Origin: Phoronis australis | Lineage: Eukaryota; Animalia; Phoronida | Assembly (NCBI GenBank): GCA_002633005.1 | Contig: NMRA01000394.1 | Span: 62,001 to 126,000, forward strand | Length of the DNA: 64,000 nt | Direction of reading: 5' to 3' | Shown: piece by piece, positions 40,401-53,060 of the stretch | How the letters are laid out: every line of letters begins with the position of its first letter | Position numbering within the stretch: position 1 is the stretch's first letter | Notes under the pieces: generated by a model | Databases searched by the model: none | The model's input: only the letters and a program-made list of their open reading frames with translations | What the model was told of the DNA's origin: nothing | Position numbers and translations under genes: made by a program

Positions 40401-42216
40401 ATAACGCTGGTTTATTGACCGCTAGGGGTCTGCAGTTCGACAATGTTTATGTTGTCCGCGCGATGGCGCTCTTCCTCTTCAACCTCGCATTTATTGCTGG
40501 TGCAAACAGAACTGCACCACCATAAGGTTTTAAGGGTGTCAGAAATATCCTTATTCTCATCTGTTCATGTTGTTGTTATGTGTCATTAATAAACTGAACT
40601 GTCTCTTGAAATATATCACGTCTAGCTATTTTCTAGTTGCACTTCTATCTTACCGGCTTTAAAACGCATAATGATTGCAAGCGTTCATCTATTTTACATA
40701 TTTAACTGCAAGCGCGAATAAATAATTATATACTCAAATCCAGCGCTTTCGGGATTTCACTAAAATTGGTGACTGCAAGGTTTTTTGTAATATCGTTATC
40801 GAATCACGGTCCAATGTGACAGCAAGAAGCTCGTTAGGTTATAGCACGGTATATAGATGCTCGATCTTTCTTGTCATTCACGTCCATTTTTAGGCAGACT
40901 ATTGGCCATCGATGTGCTACTTCCGAAGTCTCTGTAGATCTTCTAGTATACGATTGTCCCTATTATTATTCATGGAACATGTGCATGACGTCCGGCCTTT
41001 GTTTATTTTAATCTCCCGCTTACTGTTGTGCAATAGCATATTCAAAATCAATCCTATGGCTCCGTTTGTCCAAAACTGGCACACTAGATCAAGGTGGTAG
41101 ACGGTTCTTAGGCACGCCGTTAAACACAAAACGTAATCTCTGATGCAGTCTATATACACGCAAACAAGCACACTCATATACCACAATAATTTACATTATA
41201 AGGTACGAATAAGCAAATTACATTCGAGAAAACAGGTCCCAGATCTAGATAGAAATACAACTTTAAATAATTCCTTTAAGTATTTTAAATTGTCGGACAT
41301 TTTACTTCATTTCAGAGCTCTTAGACATATAACCCAGTCATCTACAGGTGATCTGCAAGAATTGCAGGTTGAATTGCAAAATACGACTTCAATGCAAATG
41401 CATGTACATTCCAAAACATTTAGTACACGTGATGTGGGAAACTTCAATGAAATATAACCGACTTTGCTCGGATCTAAATCATATACTGTTTCGATATTTA
41501 GCAATAACAGCACAAGATGTCAATGAGGTTTCACATAAGACCCTGGATACAAAATAGCATGTAACGCTAGTCAGATAGAGCAATATTTTCATTCAGTAAC
41601 ACCTAATCATTAGGCTGCTATAAAAGTTCGGTACTTTGTTATCCATTTTCATTGCTCGTACATGTAGGTTGGAGAATATGTAAATATGTAAACCGCCATA
41701 CATGTAACTGCAGTTATGAATAAAAATACGTTGAAAAACTTCTGGTCCAGTATTCTACTAAACATTTGCCATTCCTCAGAGATAATGGCATCAGATTCTC
41801 TCCTGTAAGCTAGTCTTGCAGTTCATAAACCGAGTGCATTATTCGCTTTAGATAAAGTTCGGTCTTTGAAGACTTGCGAAAGATGTTTTTATTTCACATG
41901 TTGTTTTGTTCAAAGTTGAGAGTTTGAATGTCGTCTTTTATGGAAAAACCTAAAAAATAGCCGTTCTTGCCACACACAGTCAAAACATACAAACTTAAAA
42001 ATGAACTGTAATAGTTATGCCATTAAATTATTCAAGAATAGTCCTTTAGGCAGTATCACTCATATGTTCTCAGCTTACTAAACATACCAGGAAAAAGCAT
42101 TCAAATATGTCTACTTTGGCGTGTAATAAGCATTACAAAAAGAAGTAGGTTTCGCGCGCAAACGCTGTGGACCATAAACAAGTACATGTAGGTCTCTTAG
42201 TATGAGCTTAGTAGTT

Positions 42217-42330
42217 GAGTCGTGGTGGTGTAGTAGTAACGCGCGCGCGCTCTAGCCACCAGGTTGTGAGTTCGAGTCTTTAGTAATTGCTGTTTTGCCT
42301 GTTTGACACGTTCTCCGTTTTTTTTTTGCC
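42217..42330 (+). mobile_element. tRNA-derived SINE-like head
   Basis: A-box-like tggtgtagtagt, B-box gttcgagtc (42270-42278) and a downstream T-run. No acceptor stem or cloverleaf, so not a tRNA gene. Confidence 0.45.
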
Positions 42331-42389
42331 TTTTTTCTTGGATAATACTTCAGGAATCAAGGAAAATGCTTGAGTTTTAGAGGTAAAAA

Positions 42390-42533
42390 CAGAGCTTTCC
42401 TGGAGAGAGGCAAACCCCCTTCCCGACCTCCCCCCATTCGGTGCTGTGCGCATCTATAATCGTGGTTCAGTTTGCGCAAATGCTTACAGCCGGAAAAATG
42501 TTGGCCCCCTTGTGATATCCGAGATCCGCCACT
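42390..42533 (-). mobile_element. hAT-like terminus fragment
   Basis: Minus strand begins cagtggcggatct..., a common hAT-type TIR start, followed by G-rich subterminal sequence. No partner end found. Confidence 0.35.
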
Positions 42534-43800
42534 GTACATGGACTGCCAACTCCGTATACTTTCAAGGGACGAAATTTGTGCTGTTTTTGCACAAGCCGTT
42601 GCGTCACCTGGCCAAATTATACGGTGTTATTTCCGGCAAGTAGGTCGTCTGCTGATCCTGGTCGTTTGCTGTGTGGTCGGGTTTTCGGCCACACAAACGA
42701 AATACAAAGGCGTTAGCTTCCACAGCGTACGGAGAACCCATAATCGGCTGTAGGAGAAACACCTTATGTCTTGCATAAACGTTAATGAAAATAATACTTT
42801 TTTATGCTCGAAACATTTTGATGATGGATGTTTTTAAGAGCTTGTGGTAGGCCTACTACTAACTAAAAATTCTTTTTGACATATCCAATGTTCTTTAATC
42901 CTTTTTGATGAACACTACCTTGTAATTTTTTGACGAAAATTGTCCCCTAAATTCTTTCAAAAGATAGTGATTCACGAATTCCTTTCCCTTACGAGGAACT
43001 TCAGCCATAGTCTATTGTGCGAAGTAACCAAATTTTTCATCTTCGCTAGTCCTAATCAGGCGGTTACTATCTCAGCAGAATTCGCACTTTTCGTCGGGAA
43101 TTGGATCATCGATTTAGCCGATTTATAAATCCGTGTACAAATAAATTGAATGCTGGTAAAACAATTGACATACAGTAAGTCTTATACTATTACTTCAAAA
43201 ATAACCAACTGGCCCACTCAAAATCTTTCTCGCAATCCAACAGCTGGTTCCACAGTTATTTCATGTCGAATGTATGCCGCACAAATCTCTTAGCCAAATG
43301 CAATGCAGTCTATAAAAATACAACCAACTAACCCGAGTTTCAACTTCTTTGCAAACATGAAACAGGAACACAAGAGAGGTGTGAAGGTTGTTTTAATTCT
43401 TCAATGTTAAATTTTTGTAAACGGACAAATGGTTTTTAAATTAGTCCTAACATATCCAAACTCAAGCCTTTCAAACGAATGTTTGTGACAAAAATAAAAA
43501 ATGTTAACCGGTTTTGTAAGTCCTATGCCACCTCTAGGGTACATTATGAACCAATCCTACTCCTAATGTAACAAAAATGTCCCGTGCGCAAAGAATACTA
43601 AATATTGTCCTTCTGAAATATTACGTGAAATGTCAAATCAGATCAAGCGGTTTGGAAATCCAGTGTTAGTTTTTATGAACTTCAGTTGCAATGCACGCAA
43701 TCCTCTATGGGCTACAGACTGGGTCATTTTTATGAAATCTCGCAACGCAGAAAAACGTCTACACAAATTACACCATATAGCCTATGCAGCTCCTAGAAGA

Positions 43801-43872
43801 GGAGGTGAGGCCTAGTGTAGTAGGTGCCTGCTTTCTTTACTCGAGGTCGTGGATTCGAATCCCACTGGGTCA
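43801..43872 (+). mobile_element. tRNA-derived SINE-like head
   Basis: A-box-like aggcctagtgtagt and B-box/T-arm gtggattcgaatcccac; no complete cloverleaf. Confidence 0.45.
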
Positions 43873-45377
43873 CACTGCTAAACCCGTGAGTCAGGTTTCA
43901 ATCTCCTCAGCTCGGTGTATATACTAATAAAACATAAAAATGGGTCCATTGATCAGTGTAGTGGGACTACATGCAATGCCTGTGCACGTCTGCTACATGT
44001 ACAACGTTTATCAGACCGCCTACATTTATTTTTGTGCAGCTCCTGATTTAAACATTGCCTCGTTTTGTAAGTTTGGTCGGGTACAAATAACGCCACAGAC
44101 CTGGAAGTCCAGCGAAACACTTCTACCTTACAAATTTGACAATCCCTAGTCTCAAAAAATTTAGCACCCGGCCAAAGATAGTAATGATGAAATTCCGGTG
44201 ACGATAATCATCCACTTTGTTTATTTACTTCACCTACACAATTTGAAATAGCAGGTAAAATGAATCCCATTCGAGTAAGCAGCATGTGGGTCTTTATGCC
44301 AACCCCAATATGGTAGCACCCAACGAGCTCAAATCAGGCATAAATAAGGAAATTTACTGAATCAACAGATTGGTCAAGTAAGGATAAGATACAAACTGTT
44401 GCTGCAATACTGTCATTTTCCCACAGTAAGTTAATGAACCAATCTGATCACCGATGGCGTTATGTTTTCAAAAACACGCTTGGTTTTTAGGGAGTACTGT
44501 TATTGCTCTATTTATTATCAAAACTTTATTGGGTTACATTTGATTTATTTTCTGCTCAGCTCAATGAGGAAACTTAATAGAAATGAATAGTAAAGACCAT
44601 GGTATGCTCTATCAACATTAGACAAAATTAGTACACCCCTTTCTTAAAAAAATGGGTTAAAAGTTAGAAACAAAGGACACAAGTTTTCATCACTTGCAAC
44701 GTCGATTTTCGATCTGGATTTTGGGGAAGAATGTCAGTCTGGCGACAGCAACACGAAATCGTACGAAGGCGATGGTTTGTCGAAATTTGATTCGTTCTGC
44801 TGTATGTCTTTTTCCCTATGGTTCAGAAATACTTGTGGATCCAGGAACAAGAACTGAACGAGGCAGGGTTCATGATAAAGCTGGTGAAAGGTAACATCTA
44901 TTTAAGGTGTTTTAACTGTCATCGATATTGTCATCTTCCCTGATTTCATGCAACTTTCCCTAATGAAAACTTGAATGAAGAGTACATTCAGTACTTGAGT
45001 GAGCACGTATATTGCGTAATTTTTGTTAAATTATTCAACGCTTCTTTAAGAACCATTTCACGCTATACCTAAGGCTCATGTACAGTACAACCAACGGCCT
45101 TTTTAAGAGCCCTTAACACTTCCTAGAAGAACTGCTTACTTGAGAATGTTGGATTGTAAACATACAAAGGTTACCCAGTAAAATTGTTGCGGTTGCGCAG
45201 TTTTATCCAAACAAAATTAATAAGTTTCTAAAGCAAAAACGTTAGATAAGTATCTTTTGCATTCACATGTACTCCTTAGAATTTGTGCACAAATATGCTT
45301 TCGTAGTTTTCTTAGTATTTGAACCATGAATCACAATCTTCCCGGTAACTATACTGCTATTGTGCAAGCAAACGACA

Positions 45378-45805
45378 AAATCAGTCGGAAGCGAAGTTGG
45401 AATTTTGCAATTAATGACCAGTAGCATTGCCATAAGTACTCACGACACCAACAGTTCTACTATTGGAAGACTGTTAACAGCGTTTGAACCCCGAATTTAT
45501 ATTTTTTTTCGTTGTACTGGACAGCAAAGTAGATGTGAGAATTTCCCGTCACAATACACTAATCGGAAACTGCATCAGATAATTTAGGAGAGCACGGAAG
45601 AAAACGTCAGTCGGCAATTTTGTAATTAATTACCAGTAGCATTGCCAAAAGTACTCACAATACCAACACTTCTACTATTGAAAGACTTTAAAAAGCGTTT
45701 CAATGTCGAAATTAATATTTTTTCGTTGTTTTGGAGAGTAAAGTAGATGCAAATATTTCTCGTCAAAATACACTAACCGGAAACTGTACCAGAAAGGTCA
45801 GGAGA
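45378..45805. repeat. Diverged tandem duplication (~220-bp unit x2)
   Basis: tcagtcgg..aattttg.aattaat.accagtagcattgcca.aagtactcac..accaaca.ttctactattg..aaagtagatg..atacactaa.cggaaactg occurs twice in tandem. Confidence 0.85.
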
Positions 45806-48678
45806 GTGGCGGCACCTCTTGGTTAGCACGTAAGGAAATGCCGGAGTTGCGAATCTGTTGTCTATAATAGGGAGCGGGACAATGTCAACGAGCCAATCCA
45901 GGTATGCAGTAAGGACATCTGTTGTCGAAAATCATGATTCTATTTTTGGAGTGCAGGGATTCCCAGACACTCTTCTACAAAGAAGATACGAAAGACAAAA
46001 GCGCGCGGCTACCAAAATTCGATCAGCTGGACGATAAGACTTATTTGTGCAATGGATTGTGGAGATGAAACTGCAGAAAAAGAATTTTTTAATGTTTAGT
46101 ATGAAATTTTCACAGAAAGTGCCAACAGGCTTATATATAAAGATATATAAAAATATACACAATTACATGAATAAAATGTTAAGATTACAATGACATGATG
46201 GTAATGAATTTAAATAAATCATTTTCATTCACAATAAATAATTTCACATGTATACAATTTATCTACTCACACAAAGAGTTTACTCACACGGAGTAACTCA
46301 GAGATTTAATATTAAAACGGAATTTTGAAACTATTTCGAATAAAACCTTATTTTCATTTAGGTTGAGCTCCAATTTACATCCACTTAGAAAAAAACTGAA
46401 GATCTGAATATTTTTTGTAAACATTGTCAGATTTTTTTAGTGTCTGGAAAAGTGGGTCCCTCTGCTCTCCCCACATACCACACAGGCAAGCAAAGAAAAT
46501 ATGAGCATTTGTCGGAGTGTCTCCACAGAAACAAAGAGTGGGTGAAGTATTTCAAAAAACACTTTTGGTATCCATGGCTTTGTAGAAAATTATAAGGCAG
46601 TATCAAACCCAGTAAAAGATTTTGAAGTGAAGATGTCAGTCAACTACACGGCTGTCAAAGAGCAATTGGAAATTTGGCCTATATGAACTCGTGAAGGTGA
46701 GTTGGAATACATGCAATTATTCTTTGGTAGTGTTAATACATACATTTTAAGTGAAGTAGGGGATGAGGCTGAAGTACAATCATGTTGTTAAAGCTAGATT
46801 CAAATGCATCATGATTAGTTTGATATTCTTACTTGTTTCTCCATCACTAAATCTAGAGCTCATTCTACAGGTATTACAGACTGACCACGCATACAGACAA
46901 AATGTACAGACCAAGCAAGTCACTAGATGGAAAAAAACGAGGATGTGAAGAATCCATATACATGCAAGAAGTTGTTGCTTTTCCAGGGTACAAGATGAGC
47001 ATAGCAACCAAGTATAATTAAAGTCATATGTAGTGTTAATTAGGTAATGTCAAGTCAAATCACACATTTCTAAGTACTACATTAAATGAAGTTAGCCTCA
47101 GTGACCAAACACTGAATTTCATTCAGCCACAGGGCAGTTTAAACATGTGCCAAAATTGTGAAAGTTCATAGCATTCAGTACTGAGACATACTCTAAAAAC
47201 ACAAACCAAAATGAATGTTTTTTTAAGAATATGCATTGTGTGCTTTTAAGCGATTACTTTAGCCAGTACAAACTTGGTTTGCTCTAGTCTGAGGTTTCTG
47301 ATTTTAACTTGATGTCATACCTGGTTATGCTAATGGTGCAACAGATTCGCTACCTACATTTTCCATAGTCCTCTTTTATCCAACTACCATCTCGACCACA
47401 ATGCATATTATATCACAGAGAAAAGATGTCAGGGGCACTTCACAACGACTTGATGTTTCCTAACTAAGAGCAAGTATGTGTTGAAAAATACATTTGGTGA
47501 TCTGCTAATATCAGAGTAACATTCAGCTCATGTCATGGACAAGGTAATAATAATTTCAATTGCAGGAGCGTCTCCTGCTGCTCATCACTTTCAAAATATT
47601 CTCATTAAAGAATCATGAATTTTTTAGGTTTGAAAAAATGATCACACTTAAACAATCTTGGGATATTGCTGGCATTGTAAGACGATGCTCAACACTTAGC
47701 TTGAAACCAAGTCGCATTTGGCTACTTGGTGAAAATCCCAGGTCGCCAAAGGAAATCTGACGTCGTCCAAAAGTGATGTTTGTCATCAGAATAGTTGGCT
47801 AAAAAGGTTATGCTATACTCCGTTCTTGGGAACTTACGTCGCATACCCAGAATGTAGGTGATCATATACACTGTAGGCGCTAGTTCAACCTGTGTACTTC
47901 CTGATGTAATTTTAATGGAAGTTTGACAAGTGCTAACTGCTGTGGTGGCAAATGCACCGATTTCATGAAATAAACAAAACAATTGTAAACAAAGGTATCA
48001 AATCTAAGACAACCGTTTGTAACTAAAAATTTGGGTGTCAACAGAAACTTTGAAACAAATTTCGAGGGAATAATTGTCTGACTTTGATACTTGCAGTGGT
48101 GACTTCATGGCGACTTTGGATTTTTCCCAGGTGATCAAACACAATCTGTAGTTCACTAAATCAAGCACTGCAAGACATAATTGTCAGAGGTAATGTTAAT
48201 AATGCTTAATACCTAACAATCATAAAGCATTTTGGTTACGTAGAACCCTATCAAAATGTCCAATTTTGTCCATCTTTGGGACATCTTACAAGATGCTGAT
48301 TGGGTTCACGTGAAACTTTCACAGAATACACTTTATAAACTAATCCCCAACATGCCATTAGAAATGTTTTTTTAAAATGTTCCACATTTGCGTGAGGGCC
48401 TACCAGAAAGTAGGAATGGGATAAATTTCATGAATTTTTTACAGTGCATAAAACAAAAATGAGACGGTAATTTAGCAAATTGTAACAGCATTTTTGAGAT
48501 TTATCTTGAACATTATGTTATACAACACAAAGTAAAATTCTACAGTTTTGTAAATAGTTGACTTAATGTACAGACTTGTCGATAAAGTACTACATAACCT
48601 TTAAGCACACCAAATGGCAAACGTCATCAATAAACAAGACTTACGAATTATACACCCTACTACATTTCAATAATTCTA

Positions 48679-51079
48679 TTATAGACACCAGACTACTTTG
48701 TATGCCCATCCTCTGTTTTTAGTATGTGTCACGACAAATGCTGTATATGAAGTGGTGGCTGGTACTCGAAAATGAAAACATGGCATCATTGCAGAAGGCT
48801 CTATCGGTCCTGAGACAGCACAATGAAGAATGGAATCCAAGACGTTTTGTGGTTGATGCATCTGAAATAGAAACTCCAGCAATTAAAACTGTGTAAATGT
48901 GTTTTTAGGTACTTACTTACTTTACACAGTAGTAATGACATTACTGAACTGGTAAATGTTTTGCAAGAGCCTCAATTTAATGCCAGTAGCATTCAACATT
49001 TTCTGTTAAACAGCTTGGTCACAACACACTGCTGTTCTCCGTATACGATATATAGATTTCACCGCCAATCTTAGGCATCGCATAAAACCCCATTAGGTTC
49101 AAAGGTACAAACTTAAAATTAAACCACTTGCTGCTTCTTCCTCACAATGTCAGAATTTTAATTCTTAGTAGTTAAAACTACTAAGCTTGGGAGATCTGAA
49201 ACTTTGTTATTACTACCAACCCTACATGTTGCTTTTCAGATGAAATGACAACCCAGCGCACCATACAGGAGAAACAGTTCCCTTTAAAATCTGACTTATA
49301 TTTGAAAATTTGCACTCGTATTTCCAAAATTGGACTCTTAAAAATGACCAAAAAAACTAACTAGGCGTTGGTGGGGGTGGTCCCAATTTTACTTTTTTTG
49401 TTCTTTTTTCAAACATGTCACTTGTTACAGCCAGCGAATATGCATGTTTGTAAGAGAGCACAGATTCAACATTCGTATCTGCAAAAAGTCTTACTACAAT
49501 TTCAAAGACCACTCTCGTTTACTGTGATATCCTTTCTAAACCTCTAGTACGGTGAGTGAAAGACTAATTTCACAGCAAAAAGTCGATGAACAAAAAATTC
49601 ACTTGTAACACCAAACATGGGTTGCAAAGCCCCTTGAATTACATACTTGTTAACTTTCTCTATGTGTGTGCAGAGATCTTTCTTTGTGACTTTCACAGGG
49701 AAGAGGCCCGGTACGGCTGGGTATCCTCCTACATGAACGGAGTGGTGGCACATCAGGACGAAATTCTTACTGCTTACTTCCCTTCGAGTAAGGCAACAAC
49801 ATTGAAAATGCCCATGGTCTTCATGAATAAACTCTGCTGAGGCTTGACAGTGATCTGATGAGAAAGCAAAATAATGTTATTATGAAGTAAGCTTGTCCGC
49901 TGTATGAGGACTCATCCTTAAAATAATATCACAAAACAAAACCTTGAAGTTAAAAAATATAAAAGGCAACCAGTTAAGATCATGATAGTCAATGTTTGCA
50001 GAATCAAAGACAAACTGTCATATGTGTCATGGGCGGCACAGCACCCCATCCCCCTGTGGTACACCGCCCATAGACCATGGGCGCTGGAGCACTGAAAAAA
50101 GTGGGGGGCTACAGCCTCCCTCCCTAGCCCCCTATGGTGCGCCGTCCATGTGTGTTATGTTCCAGAATGCAGAATCGGTTTCCACTGAGCTACAAGTGGG
50201 TACATTGAGACAAGGATACTGCAAGAAGTAACATGGAGTAACGAAAGCGTTGCATATAAAAGGAAAAAATTGAATGCAAGTCACATACTAGTAGCTCTGA
50301 CTCAATCAATTCCATTTTGATAAAGTACAGTGGATTTATAATCAGAGAATATTTGGATCAACTTTGTGAAAAATATTTTCTTCCTAGGAAAATAATTCGT
50401 AAGACATCAATTGTTAGGTCTCACTTACACTTTCAATGCATACATCAACATTAATTATGGGTGAATTGTACTTTCATGATAACTTCTAAGATATTTTTGT
50501 TAGCCAATTAGATGTTGAGTGAGTCATAGACATAAGTTATGAATTTCTAAGATTAAACTGTTTCTTATGGCGAAGATATCAATTCAGAATAATTAAGCTA
50601 TAATTGGTACTTTGCAATTGACTCAAAACTAAATTAGAGCAATGCAACATCTTTTGTTTTTTAATCCAAATACATCGATTTGGACTTTTGCACAAGATCA
50701 TCATCACAGAGACGTCTATGCTGGGAATTTACACTCGTTGTGATGTTAACTTTTAAACAAATTGAATATCTAGAAAGATATGAAACAATATCATAACTAG
50801 TGAGTAAATATGGCCATCCTAAAAATGAAATGTGTAATATTTAAAAGTGATCTAATAACAATAGAATTACAATGAAACTTAATTTTTATTTTAAATTAGG
50901 AATTGCCCTAAAATTGCACACTTACATATGTCACAATAAATTGTGCACCTGTGATAAAACTTACACATGGCAATTCAACATGTTCATGTAGTTACCTGTA
51001 TTGTTCACTTCATCTTTCATTCGAGCTTGTGTCCTCTATCGGGTAGCGCAACGCCATCAAAAAACTCCGTGCAAATGAC
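48679..51079 (-). pseudogene. Candidate spliced cargo gene/pseudogene, weak Erf4/CHIC (golgin A7 family)-like similarity
   Basis: Phase-compatible canonical exons 51079-50996 (tttcag|..cag|gtaac), 49854-49647 (ctttctcatcag|..aa|gtatgt) and 48861- (tttcag|) give MKDEVNNTDHCQ..PGLFPVKVTKKDLCTHIEKVNKCINHKTSWIPFFIVLSQDR*. Family similarity is by eye only. Confidence 0.3.
50028..50150. mobile_element. Two adjacent tiny hAT-like MITE remnants
   Basis: catgggcggc..ccgcccata and catgggcgct..gccgtccatg inverted ends around G/C-run interiors; no TSD verified. Confidence 0.35.
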
Positions 51080-51129
51080 CTGAAATTTTTGAAAAACACT
51101 TCTGAATTACCAGACAACTAGTTCCACCA

Positions 51130-51508
51130 GACTCCGCTGGTTGACATTTTGCAAGTGTCAACTAGCTGATCCAGGTATCATCACAAAAATACAAATGCTA
51201 GGTCCTACCTGACTACGCTGGCTGACATTTTGCAAATGTCAACTAGCTGATCCAGGTATCATCACAAAAATACAAATGCTAGGTCCTACCTGACTCCGCT
51301 GGTTGACATTTTGCAAATGTCAACTTGCTGATCCAGGTATCATCACAGAAATACAAATGCTAGGTCCTACCTGACTCTGCTGGTTGACATTTTGCAAATG
51401 TCAACTAGCTGATCCAGGTATCATCACAAAAATACAAATGTTAGGTCCTACCTGACTCCGCTGGTTGACATTTTGCAAATGTCAACTAGCTGATCCAGGT
51501 ATCATCAC
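51130..51508. repeat. 81-bp minisatellite, ~4.7 copies, each with an internal hairpin
   Basis: Units start at 51130, 51211, 51292, 51373 and 51454; near-identical; each contains gttgacattt-tgc-aaatgtcaac or a one-mismatch variant. Confidence 0.97.
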
Positions 51509-51943
51509 ACACATTTTTAAACAGGCGCCCTTTGTGAAGTTTCTCCGTCAAAAAGAGCATTGGTTTCTGTTAGCTCATAAAATATAATAAATCAGGCACA
51601 CGTACCATGTCGAAATTCATCCAATGCCGCTGTCACAGTGCTTGAAAATCGAGAAATTCTCTGCTAAAACAACAACACTTTGACAGGAAGTAAAGAAAGG
51701 GAANGGGCTCAAATATTGCCTTCCGGGAGATAGGCTGTGTACCATCAACATGGGCAAACTTCAAACTTCAATGGACACCGAAAAATCTTCACCAATCTCT
51801 CCAATATTCAGCATAATGAATCCTTAGGGCTATGTTTTTCTCGCTAGCTATCGGCAAATTGCGGAGTTGTCTCCCCTAAATCAAAATTCCTCGGAAAACC
51901 CCTTCTTGTGTGTATTTCTGTGGGGGAATAGTTAGCTGCTGGC

Positions 51944-51955
51944 TGCGCATGCGCA
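51944..51955. promoter_or_regulatory. NRF1/EWG-type palindromic site next to CCAAT-containing TIR
   Basis: Exact TGCGCATGCGCA, a second related acgcatgcgcgt at about 51991 and a CCAAT box in the TIR. Function is inferred. Confidence 0.4.
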
Positions 51956-52412
51956 CTGCCTATGTCAGATATTTCTGGCGTTGTGATAGAACGCATGCGC
52001 GTGAACTACGTCACTTCCACCTGGATTGGCTTGTTGACATTGTCCCGCTCCCTAGTATAATCTATGCCGACGGTGTACAGGAATCGCGAACCATTTTTCA
52101 GTTTAGCGGAACAGAGCGCCACTGTATACTCTCCTTTGCAATCCTACGAAAGTTAGCAATGTGGAATGTTGTTTATCATGTCTTCTTATTGGTTAAAGTA
52201 ATGAAACCGACATCATAACATTCAGTCATTCCCATTGGTTGAAATCTGGGAAATCCCTTCCAGTTTTCTGTTACGTAGAATGACGACCACCTTTGACTAG
52301 AATAGTTACAATCTATTAAAACCTGCAGTGATTGAAGTAAACAAAAACCAGGGAACACCGATCCCGTAGCTAAGATAAAACAAGTACAGTGCATTGAAAG
52401 CGTGTGCAAATG

Positions 52413-53060
52413 GTGGCGCTGCGTCAGAGGGCTCGCTGGTCCCCTACGTGGCTAGAAAGCGCTCAGGTATCACGCAGTGGCACGCGCTTTAGCATTGGTT
52501 GACGTAACCTCAGCAGTCATTGGTTAGCTTTACAACACCGTGAAAAAATGGCGGACTGTGAACGATTTTTAGCCTTGTCATGCAAGTGGTGTCACAGCAA
52601 CTATTTCGTTTTTGCGTCCTTGAAGCAAATAAATGTATAATAAACACATATTTGGCCGATTTAACCGGTGTGTTATTCATACTGTATGAATACAGGACAG
52701 TATCGTAAGCAAAAGTCAACGATAGTAGAAACATGCACTCCGAAAAGGCGCTACCGCAATTTTTAGGATTCACATTTCCTGAACATAAATTTTAAGCACC
52801 GATTTGTGTGTACAACAGACCTCATGATTTCAGTCGATCAGTCATGCCACCATAGACTCTAGAGTAGCTATGATGCCAGTTCGTTTGCGTAAAGCGCTGC
52901 CTGTTGATAATTCGACTAGCCAATCAGAAACGCCGGTGTAAAAAAATTCCCGAGGATAATTAAGTGATACATGTACCTGCGTGCTGGCTACTGACCACCA
53001 AGCGGCACGCCGGGAACCAGCAAGCGTCAGCGGGGAGCTTACCCTCTGACACAGCGCCAC
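52413..53060. mobile_element. MITE (~650 bp)
   Basis: TIR gtggcgctgcgtcagaggg vs ccctctgacacagcgccac (1 mismatch in 19). Confidence 0.65.

Larger units (their letters stand above)
45863..52059. mobile_element. ~6.2-kb TIR-bounded element without recognisable transposase, carrying gene-like cargo
   Basis: 41-bp TIRs with 2 mismatches: tataatagggagcgggacaatgtcaacgagccaatccaggt (45863-45903) vs acctggattggcttgttgacattgtcccgctccctagtata (52019-52059). One N gap at 51704 inside. Confidence 0.7.

Noticed and set aside
39240-41560. Several 60-117 aa ORFs as a gene
   Set aside because: No recognisable motifs or consistent splice chain; lengths are expected by chance.
42217-43872. Two tRNA genes
   Set aside because: Only A/B-box-like motifs are present, with no acceptor stem or anticodon arm; treated as SINE-like heads.
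51130-51508. CRISPR-like array (regularly spaced palindromic repeats)
   Set aside because: The sequence between hairpins is as conserved as the hairpins (no unique spacers), there are no cas genes and the context is eukaryotic; it is a minisatellite.
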